From NCBI GenBank assembly GCA_035652275.1, contig DASREB010000356.1, forward strand, positions 1-62,426: a stretch of 62,426 nucleotides of DNA, written 5' to 3'. The stretch comes from Burkholderiales bacterium (GTDB lineage Bacteria > Pseudomonadota > Gammaproteobacteria > Burkholderiales > SG8-39). Below the pieces are notes generated by a model. That model had not been told where the DNA came from. It saw nothing but the letters and a program-made list of their open reading frames with translations, and did not search any database. Within the stretch, counting starts at the first letter, position 1; each line of letters opens with the position of its first letter. The position numbers and the translations under genes were made by a program. Positions 18,759 to 30,681 of the stretch are shown here, piece after piece.

Positions 18759-19735
18759 TCGGGCGTGATGCCGGCGCGGCGGATGAACGCCGCCCAGTAT
18801 TGCCGGTCGCGGGTCAGTGCCGCGGCGAATTCATCGGGCGAGAGAAGCTGCGGGATGAACGCATGCGATTCGAGCTTTTCGGCGAGCGAGGTGCGCATCG
18901 CCTGGTTGATCTCGGCGTTCATGCGCTCGACGATCGGCCGCGGCGTGCCGGCGGGCGCGACGACGCTGAAGTTGCTCGGCATGTTGAAGTCCGGAAAGCC
19001 GGCGTCGGCGATCGCCGGCACATCGGGGAGCTGCGCGGTGCGGTGCGTCACCGCGAGGGCGACGAGGCGCCCGGACTTGAGGTGCGGCGCGACGATCGCG
19101 ACGTCGGGCAGCAGAAAATCGATCTGGCCGGCGAGGAGCGCGGGCAGCGCCATGCCCATGCCGCGATAGGGCACGTGCAGGAAGCGCGCGCCCGAGGCTT
19201 CCTCGATGATGCGCACGGCGAGCGCGTTCGGCGCGCCGGATCCCGATGAGCCATAGGTCAGCGCGCGCGGCGCGCGCTTGCCGCGCTCGACCAGCTCGCC
19301 GAGCGTGCGGATGCCAAGCTTGGGCGGCACGCAGATGACGAGCGGCACGGTGACGCCGCGCGCCACGGGGACAAAATCACGCTCCGCGTCGTAGGGCAGC
19401 TTTTTGTATAGCGACTGGTTCACGGTGAGCGCGGGATCGGCCGCCACGAGGAACGTGTAGCCATCGGGCGCCGCGCGCGCCGCCGCGGCGGCGCCGAGAT
19501 TGCCGCTGCCGCCGGGCAAATTTTCCACGACGAACTGCTGGCCGAACGCATCGCCGAGCGCCCGCGCCAGGAGCCGCGCATAGAAGTCGGTGCCGCCGCC
19601 GGCGCTCGACGGCACCACCAGCTTCACCGGCCGAGCGGGCCATTGCGCGGCGGCCGCTCCGGCGAGGAGAAAGAGCAGTGCCGCTAAAACGTTTCTCACA
19701 GAGGCGCCGCAGGTTATCACGTATGATTTTGGCAT
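18755..19735 (-). CDS. Bug-family (TctC-like) tripartite tricarboxylate transporter substrate-binding protein
   Basis: Signal peptide followed by WPARPVKLVVPSSAGGGTDFYARLLA. Later GSSGSGAPNALA and PDVPAIADAGFPDF. Start is uncertain: ATG 19735 or GTG 19699. Confidence 0.8.
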   Translation of the reverse strand: MPKSYVITCGASVRNVLAALLFLLAGAAAAQWPARPVKLVVPSSAGGGTDFYARLLARALGDAFGQQFVVENLPGGSGNLGAAAAARAAPDGYTFLVAADPALTVNQSLYKKLPYDAERDFVPVARGVTVPLVICVPPKLGIRTLGELVERGKRAPRALTYGSSGSGAPNALAVRIIEEASGARFLHVPYRGMGMALPALLAGQIDFLLPDVAIVAPHLKSGRLVALAVTHRTAQLPDVPAIADAGFPDFNMPSNFSVVAPAGTPRPIVERMNAEINQAMRTSLAEKLESHAFIPQLLSPDEFAAALTRDRQYWAAFIRRAGITPD

Positions 19736-20642
19736 TAGCGAGACCACCGAACCGCGTGCCATCCTCTTCGCCGACGTGTGCGAGAGCACGCGCATCTACG
19801 AGACGCTGGGCGACACGCGGGCGCTCGAGCTGATCAACCGACTGTTCGCCGCGCTCGAGCGCGAAGTGGGCGCGGCGGGCGGCGTTACGGTAAAGACGCT
19901 CGGCGACGGCATGGTGTGCCAGTTCCGCGAGGCGGACGAAGGCTATCGGGCCGCATGCAAGATGCAGGAAGCGGTCGCCAATCTGACGCCCTCGGCGGAG
20001 CCGACGCTCAGGATCAGCATCGGCTACACCTACGGCCCGGTCGTGCTGAAGGACGCCGACGTCTTCGGCGACACGGTGAACGTGTGCGCGCGGCTCGTGT
20101 CGCTCGCCAACCCTGCACAGGTGCTGACGACGCGCCAGACGGTCGATGCGCTCTCCGAGCCGCTGCGCGAGCGCTGCCGCGAGCTCTATGCGACCAAGGT
20201 GCGCGGTCGCGCCGGCGAGGTCATGGTCTGCGAAGTGATGTGGCGGCTCGACCCCGAGACGACGCGCATCAACGACCTCGCGCGCGAGGCCGTGCCGCAG
20301 GCGGCGTGGACCTGGGTTCTCAAGCTGACGCACTCTGGAGAGAGCTTCGTCGTCGACGAAACGACGCCGGCGCGCCTCGGCCGCGAGGCGGGCAACGACG
20401 TCGTGGTGAACACCGAGCACGCCTCGCGCGTGCACGCACGCATCTTCAGCCGCGACGGCCACTTCTACATCGTCGACCAGTCTACGAACGGCACCTTCCT
20501 GCTGGTCGACGGCACGGCGCGCGAAGTGCGCCTTCGGCGCAGCGAATCGATGCTCGGCGAGCGCGGCTGGATCGGCCTTGGCAAGAGCGCCGCGCACCAC
20601 GGCGACCACGTGCTGCGCTACCGGCTGGAACGCCGCTCCTAA
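19590..20642 (+). CDS. Class III adenylate/guanylate cyclase with C-terminal FHA domain
   Basis: Canonical cyclase motifs ILFADVCEST, VKTLGDGMVCQF and FGDTVNVCARL. C-terminal FHA-like LGREAGNDVVVNTEHASRVHARIF...FYIVDQSTNGTFL. GTG 19590 is the only in-frame canonical start after the upstream stop. Confidence 0.75.
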   Translation: MPPPALDGTTSFTGRAGHCAAAAPARRKSSAAKTFLTEAPQVITYDFGISETTEPRAILFADVCESTRIYETLGDTRALELINRLFAALEREVGAAGGVTVKTLGDGMVCQFREADEGYRAACKMQEAVANLTPSAEPTLRISIGYTYGPVVLKDADVFGDTVNVCARLVSLANPAQVLTTRQTVDALSEPLRERCRELYATKVRGRAGEVMVCEVMWRLDPETTRINDLAREAVPQAAWTWVLKLTHSGESFVVDETTPARLGREAGNDVVVNTEHASRVHARIFSRDGHFYIVDQSTNGTFLLVDGTAREVRLRRSESMLGERGWIGLGKSAAHHGDHVLRYRLERRS

Positions 20643-20648
20643 CCAAGG

Positions 20649-21593
20649 TCAGGACCGCACGCCGGCTTTCACCACGCGCTGCGCATTCTCGATCTCGCGC
20701 TTGACGAACGCAGCAAACTCCGCGGGTGTCATCGCCATCGGCTCCGCGCCAAGGCGCGCGAGGCGCTCGCGCACCTCGGCGCTCGCCACGATCTCGGCGA
20801 GCTCGCGCGCGATCTGCTCGCAGATGGCCGCCGGCGTACCGGCCGGCGCCCAGAGGCCGTTCCAGAACGTGTATTCGAAGCCCGGCAGCGTGGCTTCGGC
20901 GAGCGTCGGTATGGCCGGGAGCAGGCTCGAGCGCGTGGCGCCGGTGACGCCGAGCCCCACCAGACGGCCATCGCTGATATAGGGCAGCGCCAAGGTGATG
21001 GTATTGAAGGTGAACGACAATCGCCCAGCCGCCGTGTCGTTGATCGCTTCAGCGCCGCCCTTATAGGGCACGTGGAGCACCTCGATGCCGGCGGCGAGGC
21101 GGAACTGCTCGGCGCTGAAATGACCGCCGCTGCCGATGCCCGCTGAGCCGTAAGCGAGCGCGCCCGGCCGCGCCTTCGCCGCGGCGATCAGCTCGCCCGC
21201 GCTACGCAGGCCGGAGGCGGGCGCCACGACAAGCACCATCGCCTGGCTGGCGAGCGGCGCCACGGCGACAAAGTCGCGCTGCGGGTCATAGGGCAGCGCC
21301 GGGTTCAGCGCCGCGTTGATCGCATAGCCGGCAGAGTGCACGAGCAGCGTATGGCCATCGGGCGCCGCTCGCGCCACCGCTTGCGCGGCGAGCGAGCCGC
21401 CGGCACCGGGACGGTTCTCGATCACCACCGGCTGGCCCCAGCGCTCGGCGAGCTTTGGCAGCAGCGTGCGCGCGATGATGTCAGTGACGCCGCCGGGCGT
21501 GAATGCCACGATGACGCGTACCGGCTTTGCCGGAAATGCATGCAGTGGCGCAGCGACCAGCGCCAATACCAGAAGCGCGAGCTTCACAGTCAC
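20649..21593 (-). CDS. Bug-family (TctC-like) substrate-binding protein, second copy
   Basis: Signal peptide followed by [24 protein letters not shown]. Later [14 protein letters not shown] and [15 protein letters not shown]. Confidence 0.8.
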   Translation of the reverse strand: MTVKLALLVLALVAAPLHAFPAKPVRVIVAFTPGGVTDIIARTLLPKLAERWGQPVVIENRPGAGGSLAAQAVARAAPDGHTLLVHSAGYAINAALNPALPYDPQRDFVAVAPLASQAMVLVVAPASGLRSAGELIAAAKARPGALAYGSAGIGSGGHFSAEQFRLAAGIEVLHVPYKGGAEAINDTAAGRLSFTFNTITLALPYISDGRLVGLGVTGATRSSLLPAIPTLAEATLPGFEYTFWNGLWAPAGTPAAICEQIARELAEIVASAEVRERLARLGAEPMAMTPAEFAAFVKREIENAQRVVKAGVRS

Positions 21594-21637
21594 GAAGTTA
21601 CCGTAGAATCGGCGCCTTTCCCCGCCCGCAGTTCGCC

Positions 21638-22879
21638 ATGTTCGCGCCGAATCTACTTGCCCAGTCCGACCCCGACGTCTGGAACGCCATTCGCCTGGAG
21701 AACCAGCGTCAGGAAGACCACGTCGAGCTCATCGCCTCGGAGAATTACGTCAGCCGCCAGGTGCTGATCGCGCAGGGCAGCCAGCTCACCAACAAGTACG
21801 CCGAGGGCTACCCGGGCAAGCGCTATTACGGCGGCTGTGAGTACGTCGACATCGCGGAGTCGATCGCCATCGAGCGGGCGAAGAAGCTCTTCGGCGCGCC
21901 GTGGGCCAACGTGCAGCCGCATTCAGGCTCGCAGGCAAACCAGGCGGTGTACACGGCGGCGCTCAAGCCCGGCGACACGATTCTTGGCATGTCGCTCGCG
22001 CACGGCGGCCATCTGACGCACGGCTCGCCCGTCAATCTTTCGGGGAAGCTCTACCGCGTGGTGTCCTACGGGCTGAACGAGGCCGAGGAGATCGACTATG
22101 ACGCGGCCGAGCGCATCGCCATGGCGGAGAAGCCGAAGCTCATCGTCACCGGCGCCTCGGCCTATGCGCTCGCCATCGACTGGAAGCGCTTTCGGGCGAT
22201 CGCGGACAAATGCGGCGCGCTGCTGATGGCGGACATTGCCCATTACGCCGGTTTGATTGCGACGGGGCTTTATCCATCGCCGATCGGCATCGCCGATTTC
22301 GTCACCACGACGACGCACAAGACGCTGCGCGGGCCGCGCGGCGGCATGGTGTTCGGCCTGCCGGAGCAGGAAAAGCCGATCAACAGCGCCATCTTTCCGG
22401 GATTGCAGGGCGGCCCGCTCATGCATGTCATCGCGGCAAAGGCGGTGGCGCTCGGCGAAGCGCTGAAACCCGAGTTCAAGAATTACCAGCAGCGCGTGCT
22501 CGAGAATGCGCGCGCCATGGCGAAGGCGCTCACGGAGCGCGGCCTGCGTATCGTGTCGGGACGCACCGATTCGCATCTCTTCCTGGTCGACCTGCGCCCG
22601 AAGCAGATCACCGGCAAGGACGCGGAAACGGCGCTCGGCCGGGCGCACATCACGGTGAACAAGAATGCGATTCCCAACGATCCGCAGAAGCCCGCCGTGA
22701 CGAGCGGCATCCGCATCGGCAGCCCGGCGATCACCACGCGCGGCTTTCGCCGTCCGGAGGCGGAGGAGCTCGCCGAGCTGATCGCGGAGGTCCTCGAGAA
22801 CCCGCACGAGAATGCGCATCTCGAGCGCGTCGCCGGCGAAGTGAAGGCGCTCTGCGCCCGCTTCCCGGTCTATGCCTGA
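21638..22879 (+). CDS. glyA: Serine hydroxymethyltransferase
   Basis: [21 protein letters not shown] and the PLP lysine region [14 protein letters not shown]. Start is trimmed to MFAPNLL (ATG 21638). Confidence 0.95.
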   Translation: MFAPNLLAQSDPDVWNAIRLENQRQEDHVELIASENYVSRQVLIAQGSQLTNKYAEGYPGKRYYGGCEYVDIAESIAIERAKKLFGAPWANVQPHSGSQANQAVYTAALKPGDTILGMSLAHGGHLTHGSPVNLSGKLYRVVSYGLNEAEEIDYDAAERIAMAEKPKLIVTGASAYALAIDWKRFRAIADKCGALLMADIAHYAGLIATGLYPSPIGIADFVTTTTHKTLRGPRGGMVFGLPEQEKPINSAIFPGLQGGPLMHVIAAKAVALGEALKPEFKNYQQRVLENARAMAKALTERGLRIVSGRTDSHLFLVDLRPKQITGKDAETALGRAHITVNKNAIPNDPQKPAVTSGIRIGSPAITTRGFRRPEAEELAELIAEVLENPHENAHLERVAGEVKALCARFPVYA

Positions 22880-23447
22880 CGCAACGCCGAATTCCAGAAT
22901 TTATCCGGTCACGCCCGAGCGCTGGCGGGATCTCGAGCGCCTGTTCGGCCCGAAGGGCGCGTATTACAACTGCTGGTGCATGTTCTGGCGCCTGCGGCGG
23001 CGCGACTTCCGCGCGCTCTCGCCGGAGAAGCGCAAAGCGGCGCTGCGCGCCTGGGTACGCTCGGGCGCCGAGCCCGGCCTCCTTGCGTACCGCGCCGGCG
23101 AGCCGGTAGCGTGGTGCGCGATCGCACCGCGCGACGAGTATGCGGCGCTCGCCGCCTCGCCGACATTGAAGCCGACAGGCGAGACGGCCGGCGTGTGGAG
23201 CATCACCTGCTATTACGTACCGAAGGAGCACCGCCGCAGCGGGCTCATGACCGCGCTGCTCGCCGCGGCCGCGCGCCATGCGCGGCGCAAAGGCGGCCGT
23301 CTGCTCGAAGGCTATCCGGTGATGGCCGATTCGCTCAGCGGCTGCATGGGCTACACCGGCCTCGTGCCGGCGTACAAGAGAGCGGGCTTCCGCGTCGTCG
23401 CGCGGCCAAGTCGCAAGATGCGCATGATGCAGAAGGCGCTGCGTTGA
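22872..23447 (+). CDS. GNAT-family N-acetyltransferase (tentative)
   Basis: Acetyl-CoA motif-like [22 protein letters not shown]. Size is 191 aa. Start overlaps the glyA stop by 8 nt. Confidence 0.55.
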   Translation: MPDATPNSRIYPVTPERWRDLERLFGPKGAYYNCWCMFWRLRRRDFRALSPEKRKAALRAWVRSGAEPGLLAYRAGEPVAWCAIAPRDEYAALAASPTLKPTGETAGVWSITCYYVPKEHRRSGLMTALLAAAARHARRKGGRLLEGYPVMADSLSGCMGYTGLVPAYKRAGFRVVARPSRKMRMMQKALR

Positions 23448-23475
23448 AGCTCACCACCATCGAGCTGGGGATCCG

Positions 23476-25284
23476 ATGCGTTGGATAGTGACCGTTGTGC
23501 TCGTGGTACTGGGGACTGGCGCCCGCGCCGCCGAGGACCGTGCCTGGATCGAAGCGAGCGACCGCTACAGCAGACAGGTGCTCGAGGTACTGGGGGAGTA
23601 CTTTCCAGAATGGATGTCGGAGCTCGGCCTCGAGCGTTACGACACCGCGGTGCGCGATCTCAAGCCGCGCCACGTCGAGCGCGCCGACGCGGCGCTCAGC
23701 GCGATCGCCACGCGGCTGCGGGCAGCGCGGCTGAAAGAGCAGGACGTCCGCGTGCGCCAGGACCTCGACATCCTGGTCGATGCCATCGCGCGCCAGCGGC
23801 ACACCGCCGCGCTCGAGCAGCGGCTGCTCGTGCCGTACCGCGACGTGCCGCGCGAGGTTTACGACGGCCTGCGGATGCTGCTCGACGAGCGCAACCCGGA
23901 GGCGCGCCGGCTGCACGCGCTCGAGCGACTGCGCGCCTATGCGGGCCTGCGGCCGGGCACGCGACCGATCGCCGACCTCGCGCGCGAGCGCACGCTCGAG
24001 CGTGCGAAGGCCGGCGGCCTGATCTGGCCCTATCGCGGGGAAGTGGAGCAGGAGCTCAACAACTGCCAAAGATACGTCGCGGGCATGGCGGAGCTTTTCC
24101 GCACGAGCCCGGTGCAGGGCTGGGAGGGGCCACATGAGCGCCTCGCGGCACAGCTCGCCCGGCACTGCGACTGGGTGAAGAGCGCCGTGCTGCCGCACGC
24201 GCGGCCGGCGCCGGCACTGCCGCGCGAGCTCTATGCCGATCGCCTGAAGCAGGCCGGCGTCGACATCGCGCCCGAGCAGGCCATCGCCCTCGGCACGACC
24301 GCGTTCGCCGAGGTACGCGAGCAGATGGGACACGTGGCCGCCGCGCTCGCGCGCGAGAAGAACCTGCCGTCGGCGGACTATCGCGAGGTGCTGCGCGCGC
24401 TGAAGCGCGACGCGGTGCCGCGCGAGCGCGTGCTCGATCTTTACAAGGAGCGCCTTGCGCAGATCGAGCAGATCATCGCGCGCGAGAAGCTGATCACGCT
24501 GCCCGAGCGCGCGGCGACGATCCGCCTCGCGAGCGAAGCGGAGTCCGCGGCGATACCGGCGCCGTACCTCAACGTGCCGCGCCTGATCGGCAACCAGGGC
24601 GAGCGCGGCGAGTTCGTGATCCCGCTCACCAATCCGAACGCCAAGGGGGCGGCGAACGACGACTTCTCCGCGCCGGCCGCGGCATGGTCGCTGACCGCCC
24701 ACGAGGCGCGGCCCGGCCACGAGCTGCAGTTCGCCGCCATGGTCGAGCGCGGCGTGTCGCTCGCGCGCGCGGTGTTCGCGGATAACAGCACTAACGCCGA
24801 GGGCTGGGGCCTCTACGCCGAGGCGATCATGCTGCCGTACTACCCCGACGACGGCCGCCTTTTCGCGCTGCAGCTGCGCCTCGCGCGCGCGGCGCGCGCG
24901 TTTCTCGATCCGATGGTGAATCTCGGGCGCCTCACGCCGCAGGCGGCGAAGGATTTCCTGATGCGCGAGGTGCTGCTCTCCGACGCCATGGCGCAGCAGG
25001 AGGCCGATCGCTATGCCTTCCGCTGGCCCGGCCAGGCCGTGTCTTACCTCTACGGCTACAGCCGGCTGCGCGAGTTGCGCATGAAGGCAGAGATCATGCT
25101 ACGGGAGCGGTTCGATCAGCGCGAGTTCCACGATCTGATCATCGCGCAGGGGCTGCTGCCGCCGCGGCTGCTCGAGCCTGCCGTGCTGGGAGAGCTTGCT
25201 CGTCGATATCCAGATAGGTCCACAGCTCGCGGCTCACCGGGTTCCGCCGATAGCCGACGACCCATGGGTGCGCCAGCCCGGTGA
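23476..25284 (+). CDS. DUF885-family protein (putative secreted metallopeptidase-like)
   Basis: Signal peptide MRWIVTVVLVVLGTGARAAE. DUF885-type motif HEARPGHELQ. Size is about 600 aa. Confidence 0.65.
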   Translation: MRWIVTVVLVVLGTGARAAEDRAWIEASDRYSRQVLEVLGEYFPEWMSELGLERYDTAVRDLKPRHVERADAALSAIATRLRAARLKEQDVRVRQDLDILVDAIARQRHTAALEQRLLVPYRDVPREVYDGLRMLLDERNPEARRLHALERLRAYAGLRPGTRPIADLARERTLERAKAGGLIWPYRGEVEQELNNCQRYVAGMAELFRTSPVQGWEGPHERLAAQLARHCDWVKSAVLPHARPAPALPRELYADRLKQAGVDIAPEQAIALGTTAFAEVREQMGHVAAALAREKNLPSADYREVLRALKRDAVPRERVLDLYKERLAQIEQIIAREKLITLPERAATIRLASEAESAAIPAPYLNVPRLIGNQGERGEFVIPLTNPNAKGAANDDFSAPAAAWSLTAHEARPGHELQFAAMVERGVSLARAVFADNSTNAEGWGLYAEAIMLPYYPDDGRLFALQLRLARAARAFLDPMVNLGRLTPQAAKDFLMREVLLSDAMAQQEADRYAFRWPGQAVSYLYGYSRLRELRMKAEIMLRERFDQREFHDLIIAQGLLPPRLLEPAVLGELARRYPDRSTARGSPGSADSRRPMGAPAR

Positions 25285-26992
25285 GCGTGCGGTGGGCGAT
25301 CGGCCGTAGCGGCGCATAGGCGAAAAAAAGCTTGTCCATCTCGCGGTAGAGCGCGTCGCGCTGCGGACCATCCCGCAGCACGCGCGCCTTCTCGAAAAGC
25401 GCGTTCCACGCCGGCAGATCGAAGCGTGAATGGTTCGACTGTCCTTTGCTGCCGCCGTAGAGGATCTGGTAGAAGGTGTCGGCGTCAGGATCCCCGGCGA
25501 TCCAGCCGAGGTTCCAGATCATCAGCTTGCCGGCGCGCGAGTCGCGCAGATGCTCGGGCCACTGCTTCTTCAGGAACTCGGTGCGCAGCCCGATGCGGTC
25601 CATCTCCTTGCGCCAGAGCTCGTCGGTGCGCTTGCCGCGGCTGTCGGGCGTCGTCGCGATCTCGAGCACGAGCTTCGTGCCGTCGGGCCTTTCGCGATAG
25701 CCGTCGCCGTCGCGGTCGACGTAGCCGTAGGTGTCGAGCAGCGCCTTGGCCTTCGCCGGGTTGTGCTCGGCGAGCGGCCCGGCGAGCTCGGGGTCGAAGC
25801 CGAACGCGCCGGGCGGGACGGTCGACTGCGCCGGTATCGCCTGGCCGTAGTAAACCGCGCGGATCCATTCCGCGGCATCGATGCCGAGCGAGATCGCGCG
25901 CCGCAGTGCCACTTTCTCGGCCGTATAGCCGCCGAGCACCGGATTCTCCATGCCGAAGTAGGCGAAGATCAAATCGTGCTCGTTGGTGCGCGTCATCTGG
26001 ATGTTCTTCTTCTGCAGGTTCGGCGCTAGCTTGCCTTCGGGCGCGGCGATGTTGACGAACTCGAACGGCACGCGGTCGATCAGGTCATGCTCGGCGTTGA
26101 GGAACGCGAGCCAGCGCGGCTGCGCCTCCTCGATGATGTACACCTCCACGCGATCGATCATCGGCAGCCGCCGGCCGTGGAGGCGAGCGGCGAAGGCCTG
26201 CGCCTCCGGATCATTCGCCGGCGCCTGCTCGTCGTAGTACTCCTCGCGAAAGCCGGGATTGCGCTCGAGCACGATGCGCGAAGAGCGCCGCCATTCGGCG
26301 AGACGATACGGGCCGCTGCCGACCGGATGTTCCATGGTGCGGTCGGCATAACCCTCGATCACCTCTCGCGCGACCGCACAGCTGAGGTTGCAGTTGGAGG
26401 CGAGCTGATAGATCAGGTTCGGGAACGGCTCGGTGAGGGTGATGCGAAAGGTGTAGCGGTCGATGACCTTGAGCCCTTCTACCTCGCGGTCGTAGTCGAA
26501 CTTGCCGCCGGCGAGCGCCGCCTTGCGGATCGCATCCATGCCGACGACGCGCTTGTCGACGAGGTAGAGCTGCTGGGATTTGTTCTTCGGGTCCCAGTGG
26601 CGCTTGAGTGAGTAAACGTAGTCCTGCGCGGTGAGCTCGCGTTTCTTGCCTTTGAACACCGGGTCGTCGGCGAAATAGATGCCGGGCCGGATGCGGATGG
26701 TCCACACTTTGTTGTCCGCCGATACCTCGGGCAGCGCCACTGCGGTGTTCGGCCGCACGCGATACGGCCGCGCCAGGTACTCGAGCCGGTACGGCGGGTC
26801 GTAGATATGCGCAACGATGTTGCTCGAGTAGAGATCGTTGATCTGCGCTGGATCGAATCCCGTCTCGGCAACCTCGAAGGCATAGCGCAGCACTTTCTCT
26901 GCCGCCGCGGGCGGGGCGATAGCGAGCAAGGCTAGAATCGCGGCGCGACAGAACGAGCGCAGACCCGGCGCGAGAAGCGGGAGGAGGCGCAT
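25139..26992 (-). CDS. yejA: ABC transporter substrate-binding protein, family 5 (YejA/OppA-like)
   Basis: About 617 aa with signal peptide MRLLPLLAPGLRSFCRAAILALLAIAPPAAA. Family-5 SBP features and adjacency to yejBEF-like genes. Start is trimmed to ATG 26992. Confidence 0.75.
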   Translation of the reverse strand: MRLLPLLAPGLRSFCRAAILALLAIAPPAAAEKVLRYAFEVAETGFDPAQINDLYSSNIVAHIYDPPYRLEYLARPYRVRPNTAVALPEVSADNKVWTIRIRPGIYFADDPVFKGKKRELTAQDYVYSLKRHWDPKNKSQQLYLVDKRVVGMDAIRKAALAGGKFDYDREVEGLKVIDRYTFRITLTEPFPNLIYQLASNCNLSCAVAREVIEGYADRTMEHPVGSGPYRLAEWRRSSRIVLERNPGFREEYYDEQAPANDPEAQAFAARLHGRRLPMIDRVEVYIIEEAQPRWLAFLNAEHDLIDRVPFEFVNIAAPEGKLAPNLQKKNIQMTRTNEHDLIFAYFGMENPVLGGYTAEKVALRRAISLGIDAAEWIRAVYYGQAIPAQSTVPPGAFGFDPELAGPLAEHNPAKAKALLDTYGYVDRDGDGYRERPDGTKLVLEIATTPDSRGKRTDELWRKEMDRIGLRTEFLKKQWPEHLRDSRAGKLMIWNLGWIAGDPDADTFYQILYGGSKGQSNHSRFDLPAWNALFEKARVLRDGPQRDALYREMDKLFFAYAPLRPIAHRTLTGLAHPWVVGYRRNPVSRELWTYLDIDEQALPARQARAAAAAAAPAR

Positions 26993-27929
26993 GGCAGCGT
27001 ATATCTTACGCAGGCTTTGGCAGATGGTGCCCACTCTCGCGGGGGTGGTGCTGCTCATCTTTTTGCTATTCAAGCTGTTCGGCGGCGACCCGGCGCAGAT
27101 CCTCGCCGGCCAGGTCGCGAGTCAGGAACAGATCGATGCCATCCGCCGCGAGCTCGGGCTCGACCAGCCCTGGTACGCGCAGCTCTGGATCTTCGTGCGC
27201 GAGATCGTCACGTTCGACTGGGGCAAGAGCTGGATGACGCGCGAGCAGGTGTCCTCCATCTTTCTCACGCGGCTGCCCGCCACGCTCACCATCACCATTC
27301 CGATCCTGCTGCTCGAGGCAGCGCTCGCCATCCCGACGGCGATGCTCGTCGCCTATTACCGCGGCACGCTGCTCGATCGCACGGTCGTGGCGATCTGCGT
27401 CGCCGCGATGTCGGTCTCGTTCCTCGTCTACATCATCGTCGGCCAGTACGTCTTCGGCTTCCAGCTCGGCTGGTTCCCGGTGCAGGGCTGGAGCGACAGC
27501 TTCTGGAAGAACCTGGTGACCTACGCGCCGCTTCCCATCGTGCTCGCGGCGCTCGTCGGCCTTGCGCCGCAGACGCGGCTCTATCGCTCGTTCTTCCTCG
27601 ACGAGACGAAAAGCGACTATGTGCGCACGGCGCGCGCCAAGGGACTCTCCGAGCCGGCGATCCTGCGTAAGCACGTGCTGCGCAACGCGCTCGTGCCCGT
27701 GGTTACGAATATCTCGCTCCTCGTGCCAGGGGTGTTCGTCGGCAGCTTCCTCCTCGAGATCTTCTTCTCCATCCCGGGACTCGGCCGCGAGATCTTCCTC
27801 GCTGTGAATCGCAGCGACTACCCGGTGATCCAGGCGGTGACGATCTACGTCTCCGTCCTCACCATGCTCATCAATCTCGCGGCCGACGTGCTCTACACCT
27901 TCGTCGACCCGCGCATCGAGCTGCGCTGA
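26991..27929 (+). CDS. yejB: ABC peptide transporter permease (YejB/DppB-like)
   Basis: N-terminus MAAYILRRLWQMVPTLAGVVLLIFLLF. EAA-like loop YVRTARAKGLSEPAILRKHVLRNAL. Confidence 0.85.
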   Translation: MAAYILRRLWQMVPTLAGVVLLIFLLFKLFGGDPAQILAGQVASQEQIDAIRRELGLDQPWYAQLWIFVREIVTFDWGKSWMTREQVSSIFLTRLPATLTITIPILLLEAALAIPTAMLVAYYRGTLLDRTVVAICVAAMSVSFLVYIIVGQYVFGFQLGWFPVQGWSDSFWKNLVTYAPLPIVLAALVGLAPQTRLYRSFFLDETKSDYVRTARAKGLSEPAILRKHVLRNALVPVVTNISLLVPGVFVGSFLLEIFFSIPGLGREIFLAVNRSDYPVIQAVTIYVSVLTMLINLAADVLYTFVDPRIELR

Positions 27930-28977
27930 TGGCGGCGGTACTCGACGTCACGCCGGAGAACGCCTGGACCGCGTTATGGCATCGGCTGCAGCAGGATCGC
28001 GTCGGCGCCGTGTCGCTCGGCATCGTCCTGGCCTACCTGGTGATGATCCTCTTCGCGGCAGCCGGCTGGCTCGCGCGCGGCTGGAGCGTGGAAGTGGGTG
28101 TGCCCTACGCCAATCCGGCATTCCTCGGCGACCGGCCGAATCTCGAGGCGTCGCTCGCGCGGCGGTTCGAGCAAAAGGGCAAGGTGCCCGACCTGCGCGA
28201 CGTCGATCCGCTGGCGCCGAAATACGACGAGTGGGCAAGGCGCACCGCAGAGCTGAAGAGCACCGAGCCCGTGCGCTCGATGACACTTCCCTGGGGCGGC
28301 GACCGCTGGGGGCGCGACGTGCTCGCCAAGGCGATCAAGGGCTCGCAGGTGTCGATCGCCGTCGGCGTCGTCGCGGCGCTCTGCGCCACCTTCATCGGCA
28401 CGCTGCTCGGCGCGCTTGCCGGGTTCTACGGGCGCTGGGTGAGCGACTTCCTCGAGTGGGTCTACAACGTTTTCACCTCGATCCCGGCCATCCTGCTGAT
28501 CTTTACGCTCGCCGCGGTTTTGCGCAGCGGCCCGCTCGCTGCACTCTTCGCAAGCGGCATCTGGACAGTGGTGATCATCCTCGCCGTCACCGGCTGGACC
28601 GGCATGTACCGCCTGGTGCGCGCCGAGTACATGAAGCATCGCGAGCGCGAGTACGTGCTCGCCGCGCAGGCGATCGGCGCCTCGGCCGCCTCTCGCATGT
28701 TCGTCCACATCCTGCCGAACGTGAGCCACGTGATCCTGGTGCAGCTCTCGCTCCTGGTCGTGGCGTTCATCAAGGTGGAAGTGATCCTTTCCTTCCTCGG
28801 GCTCGGCGTGCCGGTCGACATGGTCTCGTGGGGCACGATGCTCTCCGAGGCGCAGACCGAGCTCATCATCGGCAAGTGGTGGCAGCTCGCGGCGGCCACG
28901 GTGTTCATGGCGATCTTCCTCACCGCTTTCTCCATGCTCACCGACAGCCTGCGCGACGCGCTCGACCCGAAGCTGCG

Positions 28978-28981
<4 letters not shown>
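27929..28981 (+). CDS. yejE: ABC peptide transporter permease (YejE/DppC-like)
   Basis: BPD_transp_1 core with REREYVLAAQAIGASAASRMFVHILPN. TGATG overlap with the upstream permease. Confidence 0.85.
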
Positions 28982-30663
<1,682 letters not shown>

Positions 30664-30681
30664 TCAGGCCGGTTGGCTGTG

